37,199 bases of DNA from Actinomycetes bacterium (GTDB lineage: Bacteria > Actinomycetota > Actinomycetes > JAHEKZ01). A program made the position numbers and the translations under genes. This document shows, one piece after another, positions 9,134 through 17,886 of the stretch. The first letter of the stretch is position 1. Each line of letters starts with the position of its first letter. The stretch covers positions 1 to 37,199 of the forward strand of contig DASUFV010000072.1 of assembly GCA_036274415.1 (NCBI GenBank). Direction: 5' to 3'. A model generated the notes under the pieces. The model made no database searches, had not been told where the DNA came from, and saw nothing but the letters and a program-made list of their open reading frames with translations.

Positions 9134-9510
9134 GACTCACCGCCGGCTGCTGCCACGGGGGAGCTGACCCAGATCACGTCGTCGATCACGGTCACCTGGT
9201 GCACGCGCACCGGCTTGGTGGCTGGGAGCCCATGCACTTCGCCATTGCGTACGTCGAAGCACGAACTGTGCAGTGGACATTCCACGAGGTGACCCTCGAG
9301 CCATCCCTCGGAGAGCGATGCGCGCTGGTGGCTGCACGTGTCGTCGATGGCGTGGAAGACACCGCCGACGTTGAAGATCGCGATCGGTACGTCGAGGACG
9401 ACGCGCGCGCATTCGCCTTCGGGGATGTCTGAAGCGCGGACTGTTGGCCGCGCCTCGGTAAGAGCTGGCAGAGCTGGCAGAGCTGTCACAGCCTGGTCGA
9501 TCAGTTCCAC
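9130..9510 (-). CDS. Rieske-type [2Fe-2S] ferredoxin (oxygenase electron-transfer component)
   Basis: The product contains CSHQRASLSEGWLEGHLVECPLH, which is the CxH...CxxH pattern. I chose the GTG at 9510 because a GAGGGAG Shine-Dalgarno sequence lies 6 nt upstream. The track ORF extends to 9690, but that extension is Arg/Ser/Pro-rich and overlaps the riboswitch. The start remains uncertain. Confidence 0.78.
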   Translation of the reverse strand: MELIDQAVTALPALPALTEARPTVRASDIPEGECARVVLDVPIAIFNVGGVFHAIDDTCSHQRASLSEGWLEGHLVECPLHSSCFDVRNGEVHGLPATKPVRVHQVTVIDDVIWVSSPVAAAGGES

Positions 9511-9655
9511 GAGTGTCTCCCTCGTCAACGCTGGTACGTGGCGCGACTTCGGGGAGCAGCTCGACAGCGGAACGGCCGACGGCGACCGCCGGCTGTTCCT
9601 CGCCTTCGGGCCTCCCCACGAGGCCGCGGACACCCGAGCGCATGGGCGGTCGGGG

Positions 9656-9860
9656 GAGCTGGCAGGTCTTCGGACTTGCGGGCGAACCACACGAACCCAT
9701 GGCTCGTGTGGTTGTGGTCCTACTGGCCGTCGCTTCCCGAGGCTGACGCCTCAGTGCTTGGTGACGGCGGTCGTTCCCGCTAACCGCTGCGGGGCAGTCC
9801 CGGATTCGCACCGGGTTCCCTCTTGCGACGACCTTCCTGGCGAGAAGGTCGAACCAGCTC
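9656..9860 (-). promoter_or_regulatory. Cobalamin (AdoCbl/B12) riboswitch, Rfam RF00174-like
   Basis: All elements below are read 5'->3' on the minus strand. The P1 helix pairs GAGCTGG (9860-9854) with CCAGCTC (9662-9656). A P2 hairpin pairs CGACCTTC with GAAGGTCG (9851-9829). The conserved core is AGGGAA-CCCGGTGCGAATCCGGG-ACTGCCCCGCAGCGGT (9821-9783). It is followed by GCACTG...GGGAAG and by a peripheral hairpin, AACCACACGA/TCGTGTGGTT. The B12 box is AAGTCCGAAGACCTGCC (9677-9661). Order and spacing match the E. coli btuB leader as I recall it (AGGGAA..CCAGUGCGAAUCUGG..GCAGCGGU..CACUG..GGGAAG..AAGCCCGAAGACCUGCC). Confidence 0.9.
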
Positions 9861-9867
9861 GGCGCAC

Positions 9868-9873
9868 ACAGTA
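9868..9873 (-). promoter_or_regulatory. Putative -10 hexamer (TACTGT) for the riboswitch transcript
   Basis: This TANNNT-type hexamer on the minus strand ends 7 nt upstream of the first P1 nucleotide at 9860. No convincing -35 element was seen. Confidence 0.3.
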
Positions 9874-9971
9874 GGGCCGACGCCGCGAGTTCGGCAGGTT
9901 GGACGCGCCGCGGTTTCACGGGACGGGACGGTGACGAGCACGACATCGACGGAGCGACGTTGACGAGGGGT

Positions 9972-10045
9972 TGGAGCGGGTGACGGGAATCGAACCCGCG
10001 TGGCCAGCTTGGAAGGCTGGGGCTCTACCATTGAGCTACACCCGC
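9972..10045 (-). tRNA. tRNA-Gly (anticodon UCC), CCA encoded
   Basis: The minus strand reads GCGGGTG-TA-GCTC-AATGGTA-GAGC-C-CCAGC-CTTCCAA-GCTGG-CCAC-GCGGG-TTCGATT-CCCGT-CACCCGC-T-CCA. This gives a full cloverleaf with a TCC anticodon. Confidence 0.95.
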
Positions 10046-10096
10046 GAAACCGCCGCCTCGAGCGGCGGTCGGCGTCTAACCCTAGCCGCCCGCAAG

Positions 10097-10169
10097 CGGG
10101 GCGTAGCGTAGTGGCTAGCGCGCCTGCTTTGGGAGCAGGAGATCGGGAGTTCGAGTCTCCCCGCCCCGA
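10097..10169 (+). tRNA. tRNA-Pro (anticodon UGG)
   Basis: The sequence reads CGGGGCG-TA-GCGT-AGTGGCTA-GCGC-G-CCTGC-TTTGGGA-GCAGG-AGATC-GGGAG-TTCGAGT-CTCCC-CGCCCCG-A. This gives a full cloverleaf with a TGG anticodon. The 3' CCA is not cleanly encoded. Confidence 0.95.
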
Positions 10170-10248
10170 CCCCCACAGGTCCATCCGGGCCTGTGACGCG
10201 TCGATCCTCGATCGGCTCGATCGGCACATCCAAGGAGCACAGACCCAC

Positions 10249-11598
10249 GTGAAGACCGATGTCGAGACCCTGAGCCCCACGCGCGTGCGGTTGTCGATCG
10301 AGATTCCGTTCGACGAGCTACAACCCAACGTCGATGCGGCGTACAAGAAGATCGCGTCGCAGATCACGATTCCGGGTTTTCGTAAAGGCAAGGTTCCGGC
10401 TCAGATCATCGACCAGCGAGTGGGACGCGGTGCGGTGCTCGACGAGGCGGTCAACGAAGCACTCCCCAAGGCGTACGGCGATGCGGTCTCGGAGAACGAC
10501 ATCAAGGTGCTCGGACAGCCGGACGTCGAGGTCGGGGAGTTTGCCGACGGGCAACCCCTCACGTTCACCGCAGAGGTAGACGTCCGACCGGAGATCGAGC
10601 TTCCCGACATCGCCTCGCTGGAGGTCACCGTCGACACCGCCGAGGTGTCCGACGACGACATCGACACCGAGCTCGAACAGCTTCGTCAGCGTTTCGCGAC
10701 GCTGAAGGCCGTCGACCGTGGCGCACAGAAGGGTGACTTGCTGTCCATCTCCATGGCCTCGACCAAGGACGGCGAGCCCGTGGAAGCACTCTCGGCGACT
10801 GGTCTTACCTACGAGGTCGGCTCTGAGTCACTCCTGCCAGGGCTCGACGACGCGGTCACGGGTCTGCGCGAAGGCGAGGAAGCGCAGTTCAGCGTGACAC
10901 CCGAGAGCGGCGACCTGCAGGGACAGTCGGTCGACGTCAGCGTCACGGTCTCATCGGTGAGAGAGCGGGAGCTCCCGGATCTCGACGACGCGTTCGCCGA
11001 GCTGGTCAGCGAGCACGACACGTTGGAGGAGCTGCGCAACACCATTCGGAACGAACTGGAGCCACGGAGCAAGGTTCAGCAGCTCATGGCGGCTCGTGAT
11101 GCCGTGCTGAATGCGCTCGTCGAGCAGGTCGATGTGCCGCTCCCCGAAGGGGTCGTTGCGAACGCCGTTGCCGACCACTTCCAGGACGGACACGGGGACG
11201 CCGACCACAAGGATGAGTTCGAGAACCAGGTGCGTGAGTCATTGACGCGTGACTTGGTGCTGGACACGTTGGCCGACCGCGATGACGTCCAGGTGACGCA
11301 GGCCGAGCTGACCGAGTACTTGATCAGGCAGGCGCCTCAGTACGGCATGTCACCAGACCAGTTTGCTCAGGCCATCGCTCAAGCCGGTCAGGTGAGCGCC
11401 ATCGTCGGCGACGTGCGGCGCTCCAAGGCGTTGTCCCTCGTGCTCGAGCAGGCGACCGTGCTGGATCGCGACGGCAACGTCGTTGAGATGTCCGCCAGTG
11501 GCGGAAGCGAGTCCGAGACGAGTGAAGACGCAGACGAAGCAACCGATCAGGGCACCGGCGAGGGCGCCGGCGAGGACGTCCGCGACGACACGGCCTAG
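10249..11598 (+). CDS. tig: Trigger factor (ribosome-associated chaperone/PPIase)
   Basis: I set the start at the GTG at 10249, with AAGGAG 11 nt upstream. The product begins VKTDVETLSPTRVRLSIEIPFDEL and carries the ribosome-binding motif GFRKGKVP. It ends in an acidic tail. The part of the track ORF before 10249 runs across both tRNA genes and is spurious. Confidence 0.93.
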   Translation: MKTDVETLSPTRVRLSIEIPFDELQPNVDAAYKKIASQITIPGFRKGKVPAQIIDQRVGRGAVLDEAVNEALPKAYGDAVSENDIKVLGQPDVEVGEFADGQPLTFTAEVDVRPEIELPDIASLEVTVDTAEVSDDDIDTELEQLRQRFATLKAVDRGAQKGDLLSISMASTKDGEPVEALSATGLTYEVGSESLLPGLDDAVTGLREGEEAQFSVTPESGDLQGQSVDVSVTVSSVRERELPDLDDAFAELVSEHDTLEELRNTIRNELEPRSKVQQLMAARDAVLNALVEQVDVPLPEGVVANAVADHFQDGHGDADHKDEFENQVRESLTRDLVLDTLADRDDVQVTQAELTEYLIRQAPQYGMSPDQFAQAIAQAGQVSAIVGDVRRSKALSLVLEQATVLDRDGNVVEMSASGGSESETSEDADEATDQGTGEGAGEDVRDDTA

Positions 11599-11617
11599 CC
11601 CGGGTTCTTCCGTCAGC

Positions 11618-11653
11618 GAACACCCCGCCCCTTCGGATGGAGCCGGGGTGTTC
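11618..11653 (+). terminator. Stem-loop downstream of tig (possible terminator or processing site)
   Basis: GAACACCCCG (11618-11627) pairs perfectly with CGGGGTGTTC (11644-11653). The stem starts 20 nt after the tig stop. There is no clear U-tract, so the function is uncertain. Confidence 0.4.
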
Positions 11654-11712
11654 CGACGTTAGGGTCCATGTACGTATTTCGGGTACGTCGTTTCGGCTTG
11701 AGAGGTGGACCT

Positions 11713-12387
11713 GTGACTGACCGTCCGATCACCGGCCAGCCCCTGCTCGTTCCTGGGGCAGCCGATCCATTCGGCGATCCATTCGGCCGGGCGCCGCAGC
11801 CGGGCAACAATCTCGGGTTCGACGACTCGGTGTACCAGCGCCTGTTGCGCGAGCGGATCATCTTCCTCGGGTCGGCGGTCGAGGACAGCATCGCCAACGC
11901 CCTGTCGGCTCAGATGCTGCTGCTGGCGGCAGAAGACCCCAGCAAAGACATCTATCTCTACATCAACTCGCCAGGTGGGTCTGTTTCCGCCGGTATGGCG
12001 ATCTACGACACGATGCAATACGTACCGTGCGACGTCGCAACCGTCGCGATGGGGCTGGCCGCCTCGATGGGGCAGTTCCTCCTGTGTGCGGGCGAACGCG
12101 GTAAGCGCTACGCCCTGCCGCACGCGCGGATCATGATGCACCAGCCGTCCGGTGGCATCGGGGGCACTGCGTCCGACATCAAGATTCAAGCCGAGCAGAT
12201 GCTCTACACCAAGAAGAAGATGGCCGAGCTGATCGCCGAGCACACCGGTCAGCCGCTCGACGCGATCGAAGCCGACTCCGACCGTGACCGTTGGTTCACC
12301 GCCGGCGAGGCGAAGGACTACGGATTCGTCGACCACGTTGTCAGCCGAGCCCACGACGTCGCAGGCAGCGGCGGAACGAACGCCTGA
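11713..12387 (+). CDS. clpP1: ATP-dependent Clp protease proteolytic subunit 1
   Basis: The product contains [65 protein letters not shown] and later MMHQP. The catalytic Ser and His contexts are present. I prefer the GTG at 11713, preceded by GAGAGGTGGA. The ATG at 11668 is an alternative. Confidence 0.9.
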   Translation: MTDRPITGQPLLVPGAADPFGDPFGRAPQPGNNLGFDDSVYQRLLRERIIFLGSAVEDSIANALSAQMLLLAAEDPSKDIYLYINSPGGSVSAGMAIYDTMQYVPCDVATVAMGLAASMGQFLLCAGERGKRYALPHARIMMHQPSGGIGGTASDIKIQAEQMLYTKKKMAELIAEHTGQPLDAIEADSDRDRWFTAGEAKDYGFVDHVVSRAHDVAGSGGTNA

Positions 12388-12417
12388 CCCGATCTCGGAC
12401 GGAAGGACCCCACGAAC

Positions 12418-13080
12418 GTGAGCAAGCTCTGGACCGCCGGTCAGACTGTCGGCGACCTCATGCGGCAGTCGCCCCAAGCGCGGTACATCCTTCCGGAGTT
12501 CCGGGAACGCACAGCGCAAGGTGAGCGGCTCCACAACCCGTACACCAAGCTCTTCGAAGAGCGGATCATCTTCCTCGGCGTGCAGATCGATGACGCGTCC
12601 GCCGACGACGTCATGGCGCAGTTGCTGTGTCTCGAGTCGATGGACCCCGACCGTGACATCTCGATCTACATCAACTCACCAGGTGGTTCCTACACCGCGA
12701 TGACGGCCATCTACGACACGATGCAGTTCATCAAGCCAGACATCCACACCGCGTGCTTGGGTCAGGCGGCCTCGGCTGCTGCCGTCCTTCTGGCCGCGGG
12801 CACTCCTGGCAAGCGCTCAGCGCTGCCACACTCACGCATCTTGATCCACCAGCCGTACACCGAGGGTGGCGGTCAAGGGTCCGACATCGAGATCCAGGCC
12901 AACGAGATCCTTCGCATGCGCGGTGAGATGGAGGGCATCTTGGCCCGTCACACCGGCAAGAGCGCGGACGACGTCCGCCAGGACATCGAACGCGACAAAA
13001 TCCTGACCGCAGATGATGCGAAGGACTACGGCATCGTCGATCAGGTGATCTCCAGCCGGAAGACCTCTGCGGCCGGGTGA
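12418..13080 (+). CDS. clpP2: ATP-dependent Clp protease proteolytic subunit 2
   Basis: The product contains ARYILPEF...[52 protein letters not shown]. This matches the N-terminus typical of actinobacterial ClpP2. The start is the GTG at 12418, after GGAAGGA. The ATG at 12460 is an alternative. Confidence 0.9.
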   Translation: MSKLWTAGQTVGDLMRQSPQARYILPEFRERTAQGERLHNPYTKLFEERIIFLGVQIDDASADDVMAQLLCLESMDPDRDISIYINSPGGSYTAMTAIYDTMQFIKPDIHTACLGQAASAAAVLLAAGTPGKRSALPHSRILIHQPYTEGGGQGSDIEIQANEILRMRGEMEGILARHTGKSADDVRQDIERDKILTADDAKDYGIVDQVISSRKTSAAG

Positions 13081-13234
13081 GAATCGCTGAGGATCAGGGG
13101 CTGATCGGGCGACTCGCCCGCGACCAGAGCAGGTATTCCGGGCCGGTGAGGGGTACCGTCGTCTGGTGCGATGTCGCTGAGACAGCGCGCGGTGTCGGAC
13201 GTACATCGACCTGACGGGTACTCGAGGGAGTCAC

Positions 13235-14515
<1,281 letters not shown>

Positions 14516-14527
14516 CGACCCAGCGAG

Positions 14528-15208
14528 TTACTTCTCGATCGCGTCGCGAACCTTCAAAGCGGTTTCGGCCGCGGTCCCTTGCATCGGAGACATCGCGAAC
14601 GCCCCAAAGGTGTCGTCGCTGATCCAGGCACACGTCCCACCGGTCGGCAGTTCGAGGCACTTCATCTGACCCCCATGAGGTCCCGCGTTCACCTCGGTGA
14701 GCTTGAGGGATGAGCCAGCTTGGGCGAGTCCTCCCTCGAACCCGGCAAAGTAGTCCTCAGCTCCACCGGATACGTCGTCGGTGCCTGCTTCCCCGCCCAT
14801 GACGAAGAGCATCGTCCGGTCGCCCTGGAAGAGGCCGACCTCTACGTCGACGTCTCCGCCGAATTGGCTCGTGGCCTTCTCCAGTTCACTCTGCAGCTGT
14901 TGCGCGGCGGGTGAGCTGGCGTCCATCTTCTCCAGTCCGAGCATGGTGTCCGGGATTTCGATCTGGGAGCCGGCGAACATCATCCGGTACCCGGCAAACG
15001 CGAGCACGCCGACGAGTGCGAGAACCACCGCACCGATCACCAATGGCAGAGCGTTCGACGAGCTCTGCTTCGGGGGGAGGCCGACGTGACCGTAGTTGGC
15101 GTATTCCTTGTTGACAGCCAGGTGCGGGTTCGACGCCCCAGGTGCTTGCCCAGGGTTGGGCGCCGGCGGCGTGACCGAGCCACCGAAGAAGTCGTCATTC
15201 CCGTTCAT
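14528..15208 (-). CDS. Hypothetical membrane-anchored protein (Pro/Gly-rich N-terminus, one TM helix, ~150-aa extracytoplasmic domain with two Cys)
   Basis: The ORF has GC3-rich coding composition. The transmembrane segment is LPLVIGAVVLALVGVLAFAGY. The C-terminal domain contains ...KCLELPTGGTCAWISDD... I recognise no family. Confidence 0.65.
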   Translation of the reverse strand: MNGNDDFFGGSVTPPAPNPGQAPGASNPHLAVNKEYANYGHVGLPPKQSSSNALPLVIGAVVLALVGVLAFAGYRMMFAGSQIEIPDTMLGLEKMDASSPAAQQLQSELEKATSQFGGDVDVEVGLFQGDRTMLFVMGGEAGTDDVSGGAEDYFAGFEGGLAQAGSSLKLTEVNAGPHGGQMKCLELPTGGTCAWISDDTFGAFAMSPMQGTAAETALKVRDAIEK

Positions 15209-15286
15209 GCCCAGCCCCGTTCTGGCGCACCCGTTGCGCGCCTCTGGGGATGATCGACTACTTCGACAGACTCCTTGAGCCCCGGT

Positions 15287-17878
15287 TTACGTAGTGACAG
15301 CAAGCTCGACGCTGACCGAGAGCTCGGTGGCGCCGTCAACCAAGTCGAGCGTGGAGATTCGCCCAGCCGCGGCCAGATCGTCGCGGGCGTCGGCCAGCAT
15401 CGCGATCTGCTCGTCGGTTGCGCGCACCTCAGCGTGTTTGACGTCAGTACGCATGGAAGCCTTCGCGTCCGACTTCGCCCTGCGCACGTCGCTGAGCACA
15501 GCCGCCACGGTGTCGAGCACAGCTGGGTCTCCAGAACCTGCGAGCGCGCTTACCTCGTCCGCACCAGGCCAGCTTGCTCGATGCACCGAGCCGCTTTGCC
15601 ACCACGACCACACTTCCTCGGTGACGAAAGGCAGCACAGGCGCGAAGAGCCTGTGCAGCACCGACAGCGCCGTCGCGAGCGTTGCGTGCGCTGATCGTGC
15701 ACCCGGGTCGGAATCTGTGCGGTACGAGCGCTCTTTGACAAGTTCGACGTAGTCGTCGGTGAACGACCAGAAGAACGACTCGGTGACTTCGAGCGCTTTC
15801 GCGTAGTTGTAGTCGTCGAAGGCTTGGGTTGCCTCGCTGACCACATCCGCGAGACGAGCGAGCAGCGCGCGGTCGAGTGGTTCGGTCACGGCCGAACTGT
15901 CGAACGCCAGCGATGCGTCGGCTCCGACCCCCAGCACGAACTTGCTGGCGTTCAGCACCTTGATCGCGAGCCGGCGTCCGACCTTCATCTGACCGGTGTC
16001 GAAGGCAGTGTCGGTGCCCGGACGCCCGCTCGCGGCCCAGTAGCGGACGCCGTCGGAGCCGTACTCCTCGAGCAGATCCATGGGAGTGATCACGTTGCCC
16101 TTGGATTTGCTCATCTTCTTGCGGTCAGGGTCGAGGATCCACCCTGAGATGGCGACATCGCTCCACGGAACCGTGTCGTGCTCGGAGTCCGCCCTGACCA
16201 CGGTCGAGAAGAGCCAGGTGCGGATGATCTCGTGAGCCTGAGGGCGCAGGTCCATGGGAAAGACCCGAGCGAACAGGTCGTCGTCGTACGACCACCCGCC
16301 GGCGATCTGAGGGGTGAGCGACGACGTCGCCCACGTGTCCATGATGTCTGGATCACCGATGAACCCGTTCGCTGCGCCGCGCTGATCCTCGGTGTAACCG
16401 GGTGGGGTGTCTGCCTGTGGGTCGATCGGGAGCGTCGAGTCCTCGGGAATGATCGGCTCGCCGTACTGAGGCTCGGCATTGCCGTCGAGGGGGTACCAGA
16501 GGGGAAGCGGCACTCCGAAGAAGCGTTGACGAGAGATCAGCCAGTCACCGTTGAGGCCGGAGACCCAGTTGTCGTAGCGCACCTTCATGTGCGGTGGGTG
16601 CCACCGCAGCTGGCTGCCTCGTTGCAGCAGGCGCTCGCGCAGGAGCTCGTCGCGACCACCATTGCGGATGTACCACTGCCGGGTGCTGACGATCTCGAGC
16701 GGCTTGTCGCCCTTCTCGAAGAACTTCACCGGGTGCTTGATAGGGCGCGGGTCGCCGACCAGGTCACCGCTATCGCGGAGCATCTCCACGATGGTCTGAC
16801 GAGCGGTGTGTGCTGTGGATCCGGCGAGGCGGGCAAAGGCTGAGCGCCCGTTCGGCGACGTGATGGCGTCCGGTGCTTCGGCGATCACCCGACCGTCGCG
16901 GCCGATGATCGCCCTCGTTGGCAGGTTCAGCTCGCGCCACCACGTCACGTCGGTGATGTCACCGAACGTGCAGATCATCGCGACGCCAGTGCCCTTTTCA
17001 GGATCGGCGAGAGAGTGGGCGACCACCGGGACTTCCACGTCGAAGATCGGCGTGCGCACCGTCGTGCCGAACAGCGGTTGGTAGCGGGCGTCGTCTGGGT
17101 GCGCGACCAGGGCGACGCACGCCGGAATCAGCTCAGGACGCGTCGTGTCGATCGTGATGGTCTCGCCGTCGGCGCGGTGGAATGTGATCGCGTGATGCGC
17201 GCTGTCGCGCTCGCGGTCCTCGAGCTCCGCCTGCGCCACGGCCGTGCGGAAGGTGACGTCCCAAAGCGTGGGCGCTTCTGCCTGGTACGCCTCGCCACGG
17301 GAGAGATTGCGGAGGAACGCTCGCTGCGACACCGCGCGTGCTCGCCCGTCGATGGTCTGATACGTGTGCGACCAGTCGACCGACAATCCGAGGCGCCGCC
17401 AGAGCTCTTCGAAAGCTTTCTCGTCCTCGACCGTGAGCTTCTCGCACAGCTCGACGAAGCTGCGGCGGCTGATCGGCAACTGTTGCTTGCCAGGCTCGTC
17501 GGGCGGGGTGAACGACGGGTCGTAAGGCAACGAGGGCTCACAGCGGACGCCGAAGTAGTTCTGCACCCTTCGCTCTGTAGGCAGACCGTTGTCGTCCCAG
17601 CCCATGGGGTAGAACACCTCGCGTCCACGCATGCGCTGGTAGCGGGCGATCGTGTCGGTGTGGGTGTAGCTGAAGACGTGGCCGACGTGCAGCGATCCGC
17701 TGACCGTTGGGGGTGGCGTGTCGATTGAGTAGATCTGCTCGCGCACCTTGGAACGGTCGAAGCGGTAGATGCCGTCGTGCTGCCACACCTGCTGCCATTT
17801 CAGCTCGATCCCATCGATCGATGGCTTCTCAGGAACGTGGGCTGCGCGAGGGCTTGGCATCGATCTCGGCTGCTCCAT
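15287..17878 (-). CDS. valS: Valine--tRNA ligase
   Basis: The product has a HIGH-type motif (SGSLHVGHVFSY) and KMSKSKGN. Its length of about 860 aa is typical of actinobacterial ValRS. The start is uncertain: TTG at 17887, ATG at 17878 (chosen) or ATG at 17860. Confidence 0.93.
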   Translation of the reverse strand: MEQPRSMPSPRAAHVPEKPSIDGIELKWQQVWQHDGIYRFDRSKVREQIYSIDTPPPTVSGSLHVGHVFSYTHTDTIARYQRMRGREVFYPMGWDDNGLPTERRVQNYFGVRCEPSLPYDPSFTPPDEPGKQQLPISRRSFVELCEKLTVEDEKAFEELWRRLGLSVDWSHTYQTIDGRARAVSQRAFLRNLSRGEAYQAEAPTLWDVTFRTAVAQAELEDRERDSAHHAITFHRADGETITIDTTRPELIPACVALVAHPDDARYQPLFGTTVRTPIFDVEVPVVAHSLADPEKGTGVAMICTFGDITDVTWWRELNLPTRAIIGRDGRVIAEAPDAITSPNGRSAFARLAGSTAHTARQTIVEMLRDSGDLVGDPRPIKHPVKFFEKGDKPLEIVSTRQWYIRNGGRDELLRERLLQRGSQLRWHPPHMKVRYDNWVSGLNGDWLISRQRFFGVPLPLWYPLDGNAEPQYGEPIIPEDSTLPIDPQADTPPGYTEDQRGAANGFIGDPDIMDTWATSSLTPQIAGGWSYDDDLFARVFPMDLRPQAHEIIRTWLFSTVVRADSEHDTVPWSDVAISGWILDPDRKKMSKSKGNVITPMDLLEEYGSDGVRYWAASGRPGTDTAFDTGQMKVGRRLAIKVLNASKFVLGVGADASLAFDSSAVTEPLDRALLARLADVVSEATQAFDDYNYAKALEVTESFFWSFTDDYVELVKERSYRTDSDPGARSAHATLATALSVLHRLFAPVLPFVTEEVWSWWQSGSVHRASWPGADEVSALAGSGDPAVLDTVAAVLSDVRRAKSDAKASMRTDVKHAEVRATDEQIAMLADARDDLAAAGRISTLDLVDGATELSVSVELAVTT

Positions 17879-17886
17879 GGGACGCA

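Noticed and set aside
9137-9946. Track ORFs covering the ferredoxin-tRNA gap: 9137..9946-, 9338..9874+, 9513..9746+, 9538..9783+ and 9780..10391-.
   Set aside because: They overlap a clear cobalamin riboswitch and/or the tRNA-Gly gene. Their translations are Arg-rich and low-complexity. Only the residual periodicity at 9511-9655 is kept, as an open question in the findings.
9972-10169. A tRNA-associated integrative element explaining the accessory genes at 5992-9971.
   Set aside because: There is no integrase, excisionase or transposase. I could find no convincing duplicate of either tRNA 3' end in the window. It is kept only as a low-key synteny observation.
10000-10248. N-terminal 83-aa extension of the trigger-factor ORF.
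   Set aside because: It reads straight through the tRNA-Gly and tRNA-Pro genes. The canonical trigger-factor N-terminus starts at the GTG at 10249, which has an AAGGAG Shine-Dalgarno sequence.
11668-11712. A longer ClpP1 N-terminus starting at the ATG at 11668 ([15 protein letters not shown]...).
   Set aside because: The extension is basic and atypical, and it lacks a Shine-Dalgarno sequence. The GTG at 11713 follows GAGAGGTGGA. The longer form is not excluded and is noted as an alternative.
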